64,000 nt of DNA from an uncultured Chlorobiota bacterium (GCA_947311255.1 CAMZKL010000043.1:1685-65684), one strand, 5' to 3'. Positions 29,048 through 36,835 are shown, counted from the stretch's first letter. Notes: generated by a model from the letters alone, not told the origin. Translations and numbers: made by a program.

Positions 29048-30502
29048 TTACTCCATTCCGAAAGCATAATATGCAATATTTCCATCAGGATATATTCCTT
29101 GCACATAAACTCCTCCATGAATATTTTTCAATATCTTTTCTATTTCTTTTGGAGAAGAAACTTCTTTTCTATTTATATGAGTAATTATAAATCCATTTCT
29201 AACTCCTGCTGCCATTAATTTACCTGCCTGTAAATCAGCAACTTCCACTCCATTTTTAATGCCAAGTTTCTCCTTTTTATTATCAGATAGTTCAACAAAA
29301 CTTGCACCAAGAACATCAACTATATTTTTATTTACAACATCTGTTGTGCCTAAACTGTTTTTTAGTTCAACTAAAAATTTCTTTGTTTTATTATCTCTAA
29401 GAACCCAAACATCAATTTTATCGCCAGGGCTAAATCTACTAATATTTTCTTGAAGTTCAGAGCTTTTTTCAATTGTTGTATTATTAATTTTAATAACAAT
29501 ATCTCCTTCTTCCAAACCGGCATCTTCTGCTGCACTGCCTTTATTTACATTTACAATATAAACTCCTTTTGGTTTATCCATATTTAATTCATCTGCAAGT
29601 TTTGCATCTACATCTTTAATATTTACACCAAGCAAGGCTCTTTGAACAGTTCCAAATTCTTTTAAGTCTGAAACAACTTTTTTAACTATTGTAACAGGAA
29701 CTGCAAAAGAATAACCGGTGTAAGAACCTGTTTGTGAAGCAATTGCAGTATTAATTCCTACCAATTCACCTTTTGTGTTCACAAGTGCACCTCCACTATT
29801 TCCGGGATTTACAGCAGCATCTGTTTGAATAAAAGATTCAATTGCATACTTCTGTTTTTGTCTTAATAAATTAATATTTCTTTCTTTTGCACTAACAATC
29901 CCTGCTGTTACAGTAGAAGTTAAATTAAAAGGATTACCAACTGCAAGAACCCACTCGCCTACTTTTAGGTTATCAGAATTTCCATATGTTACTGTTGGCA
30001 AATCTTTTGCTTCAATTTTTACTAATGCAATATCTGTTGCAGGATCTCTACCAATGAGTTTTGCATTATAAGTTCTATTATCATTTAAAACAATCTCAAT
30101 ATCTTTTGCATTCTCAACAACATGGTTATTTGTAACTATGTAACCATCACCAGAAATAATTACACCTGAACCTGATGCCATTTGCGGCATTCTTTGTCCA
30201 TAAGGACTTCCTCCTCCAAAAGGATTTCCAAAAAAGAAATCTTGTATTGAGGGTTGTCCAATATTTTGTTGAGTATAAGTAGTTTTTACATGAACAACTG
30301 CATTTAAAGTTTTCTCTGCTGCAATTGTAAAATCCGGTAAAGTTGTAACTATGCTTTCTTGAATATTATTTACAGGAAGAATATTATTAAGTTCTGCTGA
30401 TTTTTGGATGTTTTTTTCTCCAAAATAGTAATTAATTCCGTATGCAGTAAGTCCTCCTACTACTGCAACCAAAAAAAGGCTTAAAAATTTTCTTATTTTC
30501 AT
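29048..30502 (-). CDS. htrA: Do/DegP/HtrA-family periplasmic serine endoprotease with two PDZ domains
   Basis: 484-aa ORF with an N-terminal TM/signal. Triad contexts TNNHVV, DIALVKI and GNSGGALV, then two PDZ-like segments. Confidence 0.93.
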   Translation of the reverse strand: MKIRKFLSLFLVAVVGGLTAYGINYYFGEKNIQKSAELNNILPVNNIQESIVTTLPDFTIAAEKTLNAVVHVKTTYTQQNIGQPSIQDFFFGNPFGGGSPYGQRMPQMASGSGVIISGDGYIVTNNHVVENAKDIEIVLNDNRTYNAKLIGRDPATDIALVKIEAKDLPTVTYGNSDNLKVGEWVLAVGNPFNLTSTVTAGIVSAKERNINLLRQKQKYAIESFIQTDAAVNPGNSGGALVNTKGELVGINTAIASQTGSYTGYSFAVPVTIVKKVVSDLKEFGTVQRALLGVNIKDVDAKLADELNMDKPKGVYIVNVNKGSAAEDAGLEEGDIVIKINNTTIEKSSELQENISRFSPGDKIDVWVLRDNKTKKFLVELKNSLGTTDVVNKNIVDVLGASFVELSDNKKEKLGIKNGVEVADLQAGKLMAAGVRNGFIITHINRKEVSSPKEIEKILKNIHGGVYVQGIYPDGNIAYYAFGME

Positions 30503-30700
30503 GTGTCTAAATTTTTATAATTAATTGATATTAAATAAGTTGCTTGTATTTTTGTTGTTAATAATATTTATTTTGTTCTGCACATAAGAACACCCGTATT
30601 TGAGCATTTTAAATATATTTATTTGTGAAACTACATTAGTAATTACTCTCTTTATTAGAGAGAAAGTTCCTTTGGGTGTTAACGTTTGGAATATAGTTTC
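30503..30700 (-). repeat. Family A upstream module (A1), abuts the htrA start codon
   Basis: The plus strand reads CATGTGTCTAAATTTTTATAATTAATTGATATTAAATAAGTTGCTTG...TTTTGTTCTGCACATAAGAACACCC...CCTTTGGGTGTT. Homologous to 33799-33965 and 60100-60289. Confidence 0.8.
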
Positions 30701-30790
30701 TTATGTTTAAAATATTATAATTAACTGACATTAAACAGTTTAAATGTAATTTACATTTAAAATATTTATGGTGGAGGTCTCATCTTAATA
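30701..30790 (-). repeat. Family A, decayed partial tandem unit (A1b)
   Basis: TTATGTTTAAAATATTATAATTAACTGACATTAAACAGTTTAAATGTAATTTACATTTAAAATA matches the proximal part of A5 (TATAATTAACTGATATTAA) and of A2 (GTGATTTACATTTAAAATA). Confidence 0.55.
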
Positions 30791-31013
30791 AAATTTTAGT
30801 TCTTAATAAATAAATTAAACGTTATTTTTTATAAATTAATATACGAATAAATTGTAATATAAAAAGACATAATAAAATTTAGAATTACTTGTATAAAAAA
30901 ACAATTTGTTTGCCATATTTAAAAATACTGACAATTTTTCAGTTTTAAAAATAGAACGGATATTTTTACAGGAAGTTACATTAAAAGATGTAATTTTGCA
31001 TAAATATTTTTTT

Positions 31014-31793
31014 ATGCTTAAATTTTATAAATACCACGGTGCCGGAAATGATTTCATTTTAATTGATAACTTTTCGGAAAATTCTGTTAATCTTTCAATC
31101 TCTCAAATTAAAAAAATGTGTGATAGACATTTTGGAATTGGTGCTGACGGATTAATGCTGTTAAAAAAACATTCTATTTTTGATTTTGAAATGGATTATT
31201 ATAATTCTGATGGAAGTGGAGGAACTATGTGCGGAAACGGAGGAAGATGCATTGTTGCTTTTGCTAAAAGATTAGGTATAATTACTAATTACGCAAAGTT
31301 TATTGCTTCGGACGGGGAACATGAAGCCTTTATTGATAAAAATAATATTGTAAAACTTAAGATGAATGATGTTAATAGAATTTCAAATTTTAATAATGAC
31401 TATTTATGTTACACCGGCTCACCACATTACATTAAATTTTGCAACAATATAAAAGAAAAAAATATTTTTCTTGAAGGACAAAAAATAAGATATAGTAATG
31501 AATTTAAAAATGAAGGAATAAATGTTAATTTTATTAAAATTAAAAATAATAAAACATTAAATATAAGAACCTACGAGAGAGGTGTTGAAGATGAAACTCT
31601 TGCCTGCGGAACAGGTGCTGTTGCTACTGCACTAACTTTTGCAAATAAAAATAATGAACTATCTGGCGAATATACAATTATCGCAAGAGGAGGAATTTTA
31701 AAAGTAAGTTTTACAAAAAAACAAAATAAATTTCAAGATATTTGGTTAACTGGCCCTGCAAAATTTGTTTTTGAGGGATTTTTTCATTTTTAG
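31014..31793 (+). CDS. dapF: Diaminopimelate epimerase
   Basis: The ORF-track start at 30906 is TTG. ATG at 31014 gives the canonical MLKFYKYHGAGNDFILID. Two catalytic Cys contexts: GTMCGNGGRC and ETLACGTGAVA. Confidence 0.9.
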   Translation: MLKFYKYHGAGNDFILIDNFSENSVNLSISQIKKMCDRHFGIGADGLMLLKKHSIFDFEMDYYNSDGSGGTMCGNGGRCIVAFAKRLGIITNYAKFIASDGEHEAFIDKNNIVKLKMNDVNRISNFNNDYLCYTGSPHYIKFCNNIKEKNIFLEGQKIRYSNEFKNEGINVNFIKIKNNKTLNIRTYERGVEDETLACGTGAVATALTFANKNNELSGEYTIIARGGILKVSFTKKQNKFQDIWLTGPAKFVFEGFFHF

Positions 31794-31805
31794 GATTTCT
31801 AAGTT

Positions 31806-32333
31806 CTAAAATTTAAATGATTCAAAAAAAGTTTTAATATTTTTCGTTTTTTCTTTTTCATTGCTAATAACAATTAATTGAAACTGAACTTTATTAATTA
31901 TAAAAACACGATAAAAAACATACATATTTTTGTCATCCAAAGATAAAAAAGCTTCTGCTCCTTTTATTTTATTATATTTTATCTTTTTACTATTTTGAAT
32001 TGTTCCTTTTATTCCTGTTTCAAAAGATTGCAAAGAAGCATTCATATATATCTCATTATCAGAAGATACAACAGGATTTGAATGTTCCGTATATTTTAAC
32101 ATATAAACTTCATTTCCCAACAATGCTCTATATAATTCTGTTTTAAGACCTTCATTATCGGAACTTTCTTCCATTTTATATTCAGCAGGGAAATTTATTG
32201 AGAAACTTGGCTTTTCTATTTTTAATTTAAAACTTGTATTATTTGTGCTTACATTAGTTTTTTGAGCACTTAAACTAAAACTAAGAAGTATTGAAACTAG
32301 TAATATCAAACTTATGTTAAATTGTTTTTTCAT
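31806..32333 (-). CDS. Secreted hypothetical protein (175 aa)
   Basis: Signal peptide MKKQFNISLILLVSILLSFSLSAQ, no recognisable motif. Start codon preceded by Family A unit A2. Confidence 0.65.
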   Translation of the reverse strand: MKKQFNISLILLVSILLSFSLSAQKTNVSTNNTSFKLKIEKPSFSINFPAEYKMEESSDNEGLKTELYRALLGNEVYMLKYTEHSNPVVSSDNEIYMNASLQSFETGIKGTIQNSKKIKYNKIKGAEAFLSLDDKNMYVFYRVFIINKVQFQLIVISNEKEKTKNIKTFFESFKF

Positions 32334-32541
32334 GTGTCTTTCTTTTTTTTTGCAACTTTCCAGAGTTTATACGCAGTTACGTGATTTACATTTAAAATAA
32401 TTGTGTTGTTCCGAACATAGGAGCACTTGTTTTTTTCTGCAAGGAATCAATGTGCTGAATAATAGTCGTGCCCTTTGGTGTCAAATTTTATGTCGTTGGG
32501 GTTTCTTCTTTTCTTATTTTCATATACAAATATACTATTTT
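32334..32541 (-). repeat. Family A upstream module (A2), fills the whole cinA-to-175-aa-gene spacer
   Basis: CATGTGTCTT...GTGATTTACATTTAAAATAATTGTGTTGTTCCGAACATAGGAGCACTTGTTTTTTTCTGCAAGGAATCAATGTGCTGAATAATAGTCGTGCCCTTTGGTGT.... The distal end carries TTTTCTTATTTTCAT (32509-32523), identical to the htrA 5' end at 30488-30502. Confidence 0.8.
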
Positions 32542-33798
32542 TTATTTCTCTTCATAATATCCTAATATAAACTTTCTTAGCATATCTAACGATTTTGAAC
32601 TTGCAAATCTTACATTCAGTAGTCTTCTTTTTCCAAAAGTATATTTCTTGGAAATTATTTTATTCTTTCCAGCAATAGCAATCCAAGTTGTTCCAACAGG
32701 TTTTTCTATTGTTCCACCACCAGGTCCGGCAATTCCGGAAATTGCAATGGAATAGTCAGTATTAAAAATTTCTCTTTGTCCTTTTGCCATAGCTTCAACA
32801 ACTTCTTTGCTTACAGCTCCGTATTTTTCAAGAATATTTTTTGAAACATTAAGCTGTTTATTTTTAATTTCGTTTGAATATGCTACAACTCCTCCTTTAA
32901 AATAGTTAGAACTTCCTGGAACAGATGCTATTAATCTTGAAACGTTTCCTGCTGTACAACTTTCTGATATTGAAAGTGTTGTCTCATTTTTAATTAATAA
33001 TTCCCCTATTCTGTTTTCTAAAAACTTATCTCCATATCCGAAAATATATTTTCCAATAATACTTTTTAATTTTTCAATCTCAAAATTAATAATTCCCTCT
33101 GCTTTTTTCTTTTGCTCACAAATCATGCTCAATCTCAATCGTATTCTTTCAGGAGACGGAAGATATGCTAATTTTATTTTATTATTAAGATTTTGTTCCC
33201 AATCAGATAACTTTTCCGCTAAAAATGCTTCTGGAATTCCATAAGTTAAAACTGTTTTATGAATTATATTTGGCAATTTCATCTTTTTTTTAAGTTCGGG
33301 AATTACTTCTCTTTCAACTAATTCTTTCATTTCAAAAGGAACGGCAGGCAAAGAAACAATTATAGTTTCATATTTCTCAAACCACATTCCAGGAGCTGTG
33401 CCATTTTTATTTCTTAAAACTTTACAATTTATGGGAATTTCTGCCTGTTTTCTATTTCTTTCGTTATTTAGTTCAAAACCTTTTGAGTGGATAAAGTTTG
33501 TAACATCTTCCAGAACTTCTTTATTTTCTTTTAGCTCAGAATTAAAATATTCTGCAAGAACTTGTTTTGTAATATCATCTTCTGTTGGTCCTAATCCTCC
33601 GGTTATTATTATTAAGTTAACTTCATTAATTATTGAATCTAAAACACTAATTATCTGTTCTTTATCATCACCTACTGTTGTTATTCTTCTAATTTCAAAA
33701 CCGATATTATTTATTTGCTCTGCAATCCATTGAGAATTTGTATCAGTAATTTGACCTATTAAAATTTCATCTCCAATAGTTATTATATCTGCTTTCAT
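32542..33798 (-). CDS. cinA: CinA-family protein (MoCF-binding domain + PncC-like NMN deamidase domain)
   Basis: 418-aa ORF with N-terminus MKADIITIGDEILIGQITDTNSQWIA and a C-terminal domain containing SISESCTAGNVS and ISGIAGPGGG. Confidence 0.9.
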   Translation of the reverse strand: MKADIITIGDEILIGQITDTNSQWIAEQINNIGFEIRRITTVGDDKEQIISVLDSIINEVNLIIITGGLGPTEDDITKQVLAEYFNSELKENKEVLEDVTNFIHSKGFELNNERNRKQAEIPINCKVLRNKNGTAPGMWFEKYETIIVSLPAVPFEMKELVEREVIPELKKKMKLPNIIHKTVLTYGIPEAFLAEKLSDWEQNLNNKIKLAYLPSPERIRLRLSMICEQKKKAEGIINFEIEKLKSIIGKYIFGYGDKFLENRIGELLIKNETTLSISESCTAGNVSRLIASVPGSSNYFKGGVVAYSNEIKNKQLNVSKNILEKYGAVSKEVVEAMAKGQREIFNTDYSIAISGIAGPGGGTIEKPVGTTWIAIAGKNKIISKKYTFGKRRLLNVRFASSKSLDMLRKFILGYYEEK

Positions 33799-33965
33799 AT
33801 GTCTAAAATTATATAATTAATTAATATTGAGCAAATTGATTGTGTCTTTATATTTATAATAATTGTTTTGCTCTGCACATAGGAACACTTGCATTCTTCT
33901 GCAAGTAATCTGTATACTAAGTTATAGTCATTTACTTGACTGTTTATGTTTTATCATGGGTGTTT
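33799..33965 (-). repeat. Family A upstream module (A3), abuts the cinA start codon
   Basis: CATATGTCTAAAATTATATAATTAATTAATATTGAGC...TTGTTTTGCTCTGCACATAGGAACACTTGCATTCTTCTGCAAGT...ATCATGGGTGTTT. The 30-mer at 33863-33892 is identical to 60165-60194. Confidence 0.85.
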
Positions 33966-34131
33966 CATGTGTCTAAGTTTATCTAATTAATTTATGTTAA
34001 ATAAGTTGCTTATGCGTTCATATTTATAATAATTATGTGTTCTTCACATTGGAACACTTGCATTTTTCGGCAAGAAATCAATGTACTAGATAATAGTCAA
34101 TATTTTAGTTATGAAACTTTCATGTTTGTTG
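33966..34131 (-). repeat. Family A unit (A4) in tandem with A3, with no gene attached
   Basis: Starts CATGTGTCTAAGTTTATCTAATTAATTTATGTTAAATAAGTTGCTTATG and continues ...GTGTTCTTCACATTGGAACACTTGCATTTTTCGGCAAGAAATCAATGTACTAGATAATAGTC.... Its ATG is followed by only AAA CAC CCA TGA. Confidence 0.8.
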
Positions 34132-34143
34132 TGCTTAATTTTT

Positions 34144-34172
34144 CTAAAAAACCGAACAAAATTGCTCGGTTT
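34144..34172 (-). terminator. Terminator after the fpr operon
   Basis: The minus strand reads AAACCGAGCAATTTTGTTCGGTTTTTTAG. 6-bp stem AACCGA/TCGGTT followed by a T-run. Confidence 0.65.
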
Positions 34173-34239
34173 CTTAATTAATTATATTTTATCTTAATTT
34201 ATATTTTTAAGAATTGCTTATTATTCTAATTAAAAATTT

Positions 34240-35052
34240 TTATCCCCAACTTTCTATATGAATTTGCCCTGGTGATTTCTTTTTGTGTTCAGTAAATCCG
34301 TCAGCTTCAAGATGTTCAAACATACTTTCAACCATTTTAGGGTTTCCACAAAGAAAAACATGAGTATTTTCGGGAGTTGGTTTACATCCCAAAGCATCTT
34401 CTACAACACCTGCAGCCCACATATCTTGAACAAATCTGTTATCTCCAATCCATTTAGACTCTTCTTTGTGTGCTTCCAAAACAGTGGGTATATATTTAAA
34501 TCTATCAGAAATATTTTGCAAAAGCATTAGTTCAGATCGATAACCTAAATCCCAAGAATTTGCAGCTCCATGAATAACAACAATTTTTCTTGTATTATTA
34601 CTCATAATATTTGATCTTAACATACTTACATAAGGAGCAACTCCTGTTCCTGTTGCAATAAGAACAATATTATTATCCTGCGGCACTTGTTCCAAAGTAA
34701 ACATTCCGACCATACGTTTTCCTAATTCAATTCTGTCGCCGTTTTTAAGATTAAACAATCTTGGAGTTAATGCTCCCGAACGTACAAGAGAAATATAAAA
34801 TTCAATAAATTCTTTTGATTTTGATGAAGATGCAATTGAATAAACTCTTTTAATCATTTTGCCATCTTCGTATTCTTCGGCATCAGGTGCTGCCCCTTCA
34901 ACTCTTTCAGCGGTTGCTGGCAATGCTAATGCGGCAAATTGCCCTGACAAGAAAGTAGGTAATTCCCACCCATCCGGTGAAATTCTAAATATCTTCATTG
35001 AAGGCGAAACGTCAATAATTTGAGATACTACTGCATTTAATTTATTATCCAT
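34240..35052 (-). CDS. fpr: Ferredoxin/flavodoxin-NADP+ reductase (Fpr type)
   Basis: 270-aa ORF with FAD-binding RVYSIASS, NADP-binding LIATGTGVAPY and FLCGNPKMV. TAATG 1-nt overlap with the upstream gene. Confidence 0.8.
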   Translation of the reverse strand: MDNKLNAVVSQIIDVSPSMKIFRISPDGWELPTFLSGQFAALALPATAERVEGAAPDAEEYEDGKMIKRVYSIASSSKSKEFIEFYISLVRSGALTPRLFNLKNGDRIELGKRMVGMFTLEQVPQDNNIVLIATGTGVAPYVSMLRSNIMSNNTRKIVVIHGAANSWDLGYRSELMLLQNISDRFKYIPTVLEAHKEESKWIGDNRFVQDMWAAGVVEDALGCKPTPENTHVFLCGNPKMVESMFEHLEADGFTEHKKKSPGQIHIESWG

Positions 35053-35561
35053 TAGTTTTTATTTAAAATTTTTAAAATATCTGCTTCTAAACTTATTTTT
35101 GTACTTTCAATTATTCGTCCTATTTCTTTACCTTTTTTATAAAAAATAAAAGTTGGTATTTTTTTAAATTCAATATTTGAAAGCAACTTATTTTGAGATG
35201 ATTTTTCAGTATCTATTCCAATTAGTTTTATTTTAGATTCTGAGAAATTAATTTTGTCAACAATCTTGTAAAATCTTGGTAGCTCTCTCCTACTGTCATG
35301 ACACCAAGTTCCAAAAATAACGACAACTTTTAAATTTTCTATATTTGAATTGTTTTTTAATTTGACAATTAATTTTTCATCAGGCTCATAACTGTTATAT
35401 TCAGAAGTAAACCATTTTTTGAATTCTTCTTTTTCAAATGCATTTCTATTACAATTTCCTATTAACTCAACTTTTTTTGTACGTTCATCAACAATAGTGT
35501 TGTTTACTTTACAAGAAAAAAGAAATAAAATAAAAATAGTTAAAAATATTAGTTTCTTCAT
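35052..35561 (-). CDS. Thioredoxin-fold lipoprotein with monothiol CxxS motif
   Basis: 169-aa ORF with lipobox-like signal ILFLFSC. The thioredoxin-fold motif reads FGTWCHDS (CHDS in place of CxxC). Confidence 0.7.
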   Translation of the reverse strand: MKKLIFLTIFILFLFSCKVNNTIVDERTKKVELIGNCNRNAFEKEEFKKWFTSEYNSYEPDEKLIVKLKNNSNIENLKVVVIFGTWCHDSRRELPRFYKIVDKINFSESKIKLIGIDTEKSSQNKLLSNIEFKKIPTFIFYKKGKEIGRIIESTKISLEADILKILNKN

Positions 35562-35567
35562 TCTTTT

Positions 35568-36551
35568 TTAATTTTTAAAATCTCCAAAATATTTCATAAA
35601 CTGAACACGTTCAAATGCTCTGTTATATTTATTTTTACCAAAACTTAATTTTCCTTTCATATCATCAATATTTTGAAAATTATGTTTAGATGCTATTTCG
35701 TCAAATTCTTTTAAAATTGTGTTGATATATTCTGCACCGTGTTGATATATTGAAGAAACAACATGAACTGCAGAAGCTCCTGCTAAAATTTGTTTTGCCA
35801 TACTGCTTCCGTTATGAATCCCGGTAGTTGCTGCTATATCAGCGTCAATTTTATCAGATAATAAAGCTACCCATCTTAAAGGTAAAGTATATTCGTCAGG
35901 TGTGCTGAATATATTTGAAGAAGTAATATCTAATGTTTCAATATCTATATCAGGATTATAAAAACGATTAAACAAAGTAAAGCCATCAACATTTTTTGAT
36001 GCACTTAAATTATAAATTAATTTAGCTAAACTAGAAGAATAATAACTCATTTTAAGAGAAACAGGGATTGAAATAATATTCTTAATTTTCTCTGTAATTT
36101 TGAAATAAATATCTTCATTATCGCAACTATCTTCAAAAGTGTCAGAAGGTAATAAGGCAATATTGAGTTCTAAGGCATCTGCTCCGGCTTTTTCAATTTC
36201 TTCTGCAAAACTTATCCATTCAGTATTTGTAACACAATTTATGCTTGCTATTACAGGAATATTTACACTTTTTTTAGAATTTTCAACTAATGAAAGGTAT
36301 TTTCTAATTGTATTATCTTTAGTATATTCTCTTATATATTCATATGCTTCGGGATAATCATTGTCTCCAACATTTATTGCATGAGATATTTCTTGATTTA
36401 TTTGCTCCTCAAAAAGAGATTTTAATACAACAGCTCCGGCATTATTGTCTTCAAGTTTTTTAATTTTATCTGCACTATCTGTCAATCCTGAACTTCCTAC
36501 TACTAAGGGATTCTTAATGTTTAATCCTAAATATTTTGTTGATAAATCCAT
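35568..36551 (-). CDS. Dihydroorotate dehydrogenase-like TIM-barrel flavoprotein (non-canonical)
   Basis: 327-aa ORF with DHOD-family N-terminus MDLSTKYLGLNIKNPLVVGSSGLT and GADALELN. The loop that normally holds the catalytic Cys/Ser (N-x-S/C-P-N) reads ELNIALLPSD. Confidence 0.7.
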   Translation of the reverse strand: MDLSTKYLGLNIKNPLVVGSSGLTDSADKIKKLEDNNAGAVVLKSLFEEQINQEISHAINVGDNDYPEAYEYIREYTKDNTIRKYLSLVENSKKSVNIPVIASINCVTNTEWISFAEEIEKAGADALELNIALLPSDTFEDSCDNEDIYFKITEKIKNIISIPVSLKMSYYSSSLAKLIYNLSASKNVDGFTLFNRFYNPDIDIETLDITSSNIFSTPDEYTLPLRWVALLSDKIDADIAATTGIHNGSSMAKQILAGASAVHVVSSIYQHGAEYINTILKEFDEIASKHNFQNIDDMKGKLSFGKNKYNRAFERVQFMKYFGDFKN

Positions 36552-36631
36552 CCTTAAAAATTTGTTTTACAAAATTAGTTATTTATTTTTTGTTACCTAA
36601 ATTAAACTACTTTTTATCTCTTTTTATAAGT

Positions 36632-36667
36632 AAAAAAAAGGTTGCTCAAAACAGAGGCAACCTTTTA
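36632..36667 (-). terminator. Strong intrinsic terminator (A-run / hairpin / T-run, usable on both strands)
   Basis: The minus strand reads AAAAGGTTGCCTCTGTTTTGAGCAACCTTTTTTTT. It lies between Family B unit B1 and the DHOD-like gene start. Confidence 0.8.
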
Positions 36668-36689
36668 TAATATTTTTAATTAGCTTGGT

Positions 36690-36835
36690 CTAATCCCCCT
36701 GCAAGGATATTATACAGTAAATACTAAAACATTTAATTGCTGATTCACAACCGATTAGTAAGACATAACAGGGGTCTTTTTCGAGTATCTAAGTTTTTTA
36801 GACTGAGCTCATTAATAATAAAGCTGAGTTATTAT
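36690..36835 (-). repeat. Family B intergenic module (B1)
   Basis: Shares with 59326-59493 the box CTTTTTCGAGTAT(C/T)TAA..TTTTTAG.CT.A.CTCATTA (plus strand; the 13-mer CTTTTTCGAGTAT at 36776-36788 equals 59451-59463). Closing stem CCCCTG (36696-36701) / CAGGGG (36769-36774). Confidence 0.7.

Noticed and set aside
30589-30680. Long-range pairing AACACCC (30589-30595) with GGGTGTT (30674-30680) as an enclosing helix of Family A
   Set aside because: It is perfect only in A1. In A3 and A5 it needs wobble pairs that form only in the antisense RNA, contradicting the hairpin evidence. In A7 the partner sequence is replaced (GAATTCC). It is therefore not a conserved helix.
33881-33915. GGAAC in the Family A core as an ECF-type -35 element, with AATCAATG/AATCTGTA as the -10, reading on the plus strand
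   Set aside because: The spacing from GGAAC to the TCAAT-like word is about 22 nt, longer than ECF promoters tolerate, and the -10-like word is not conserved in A5 or A7.
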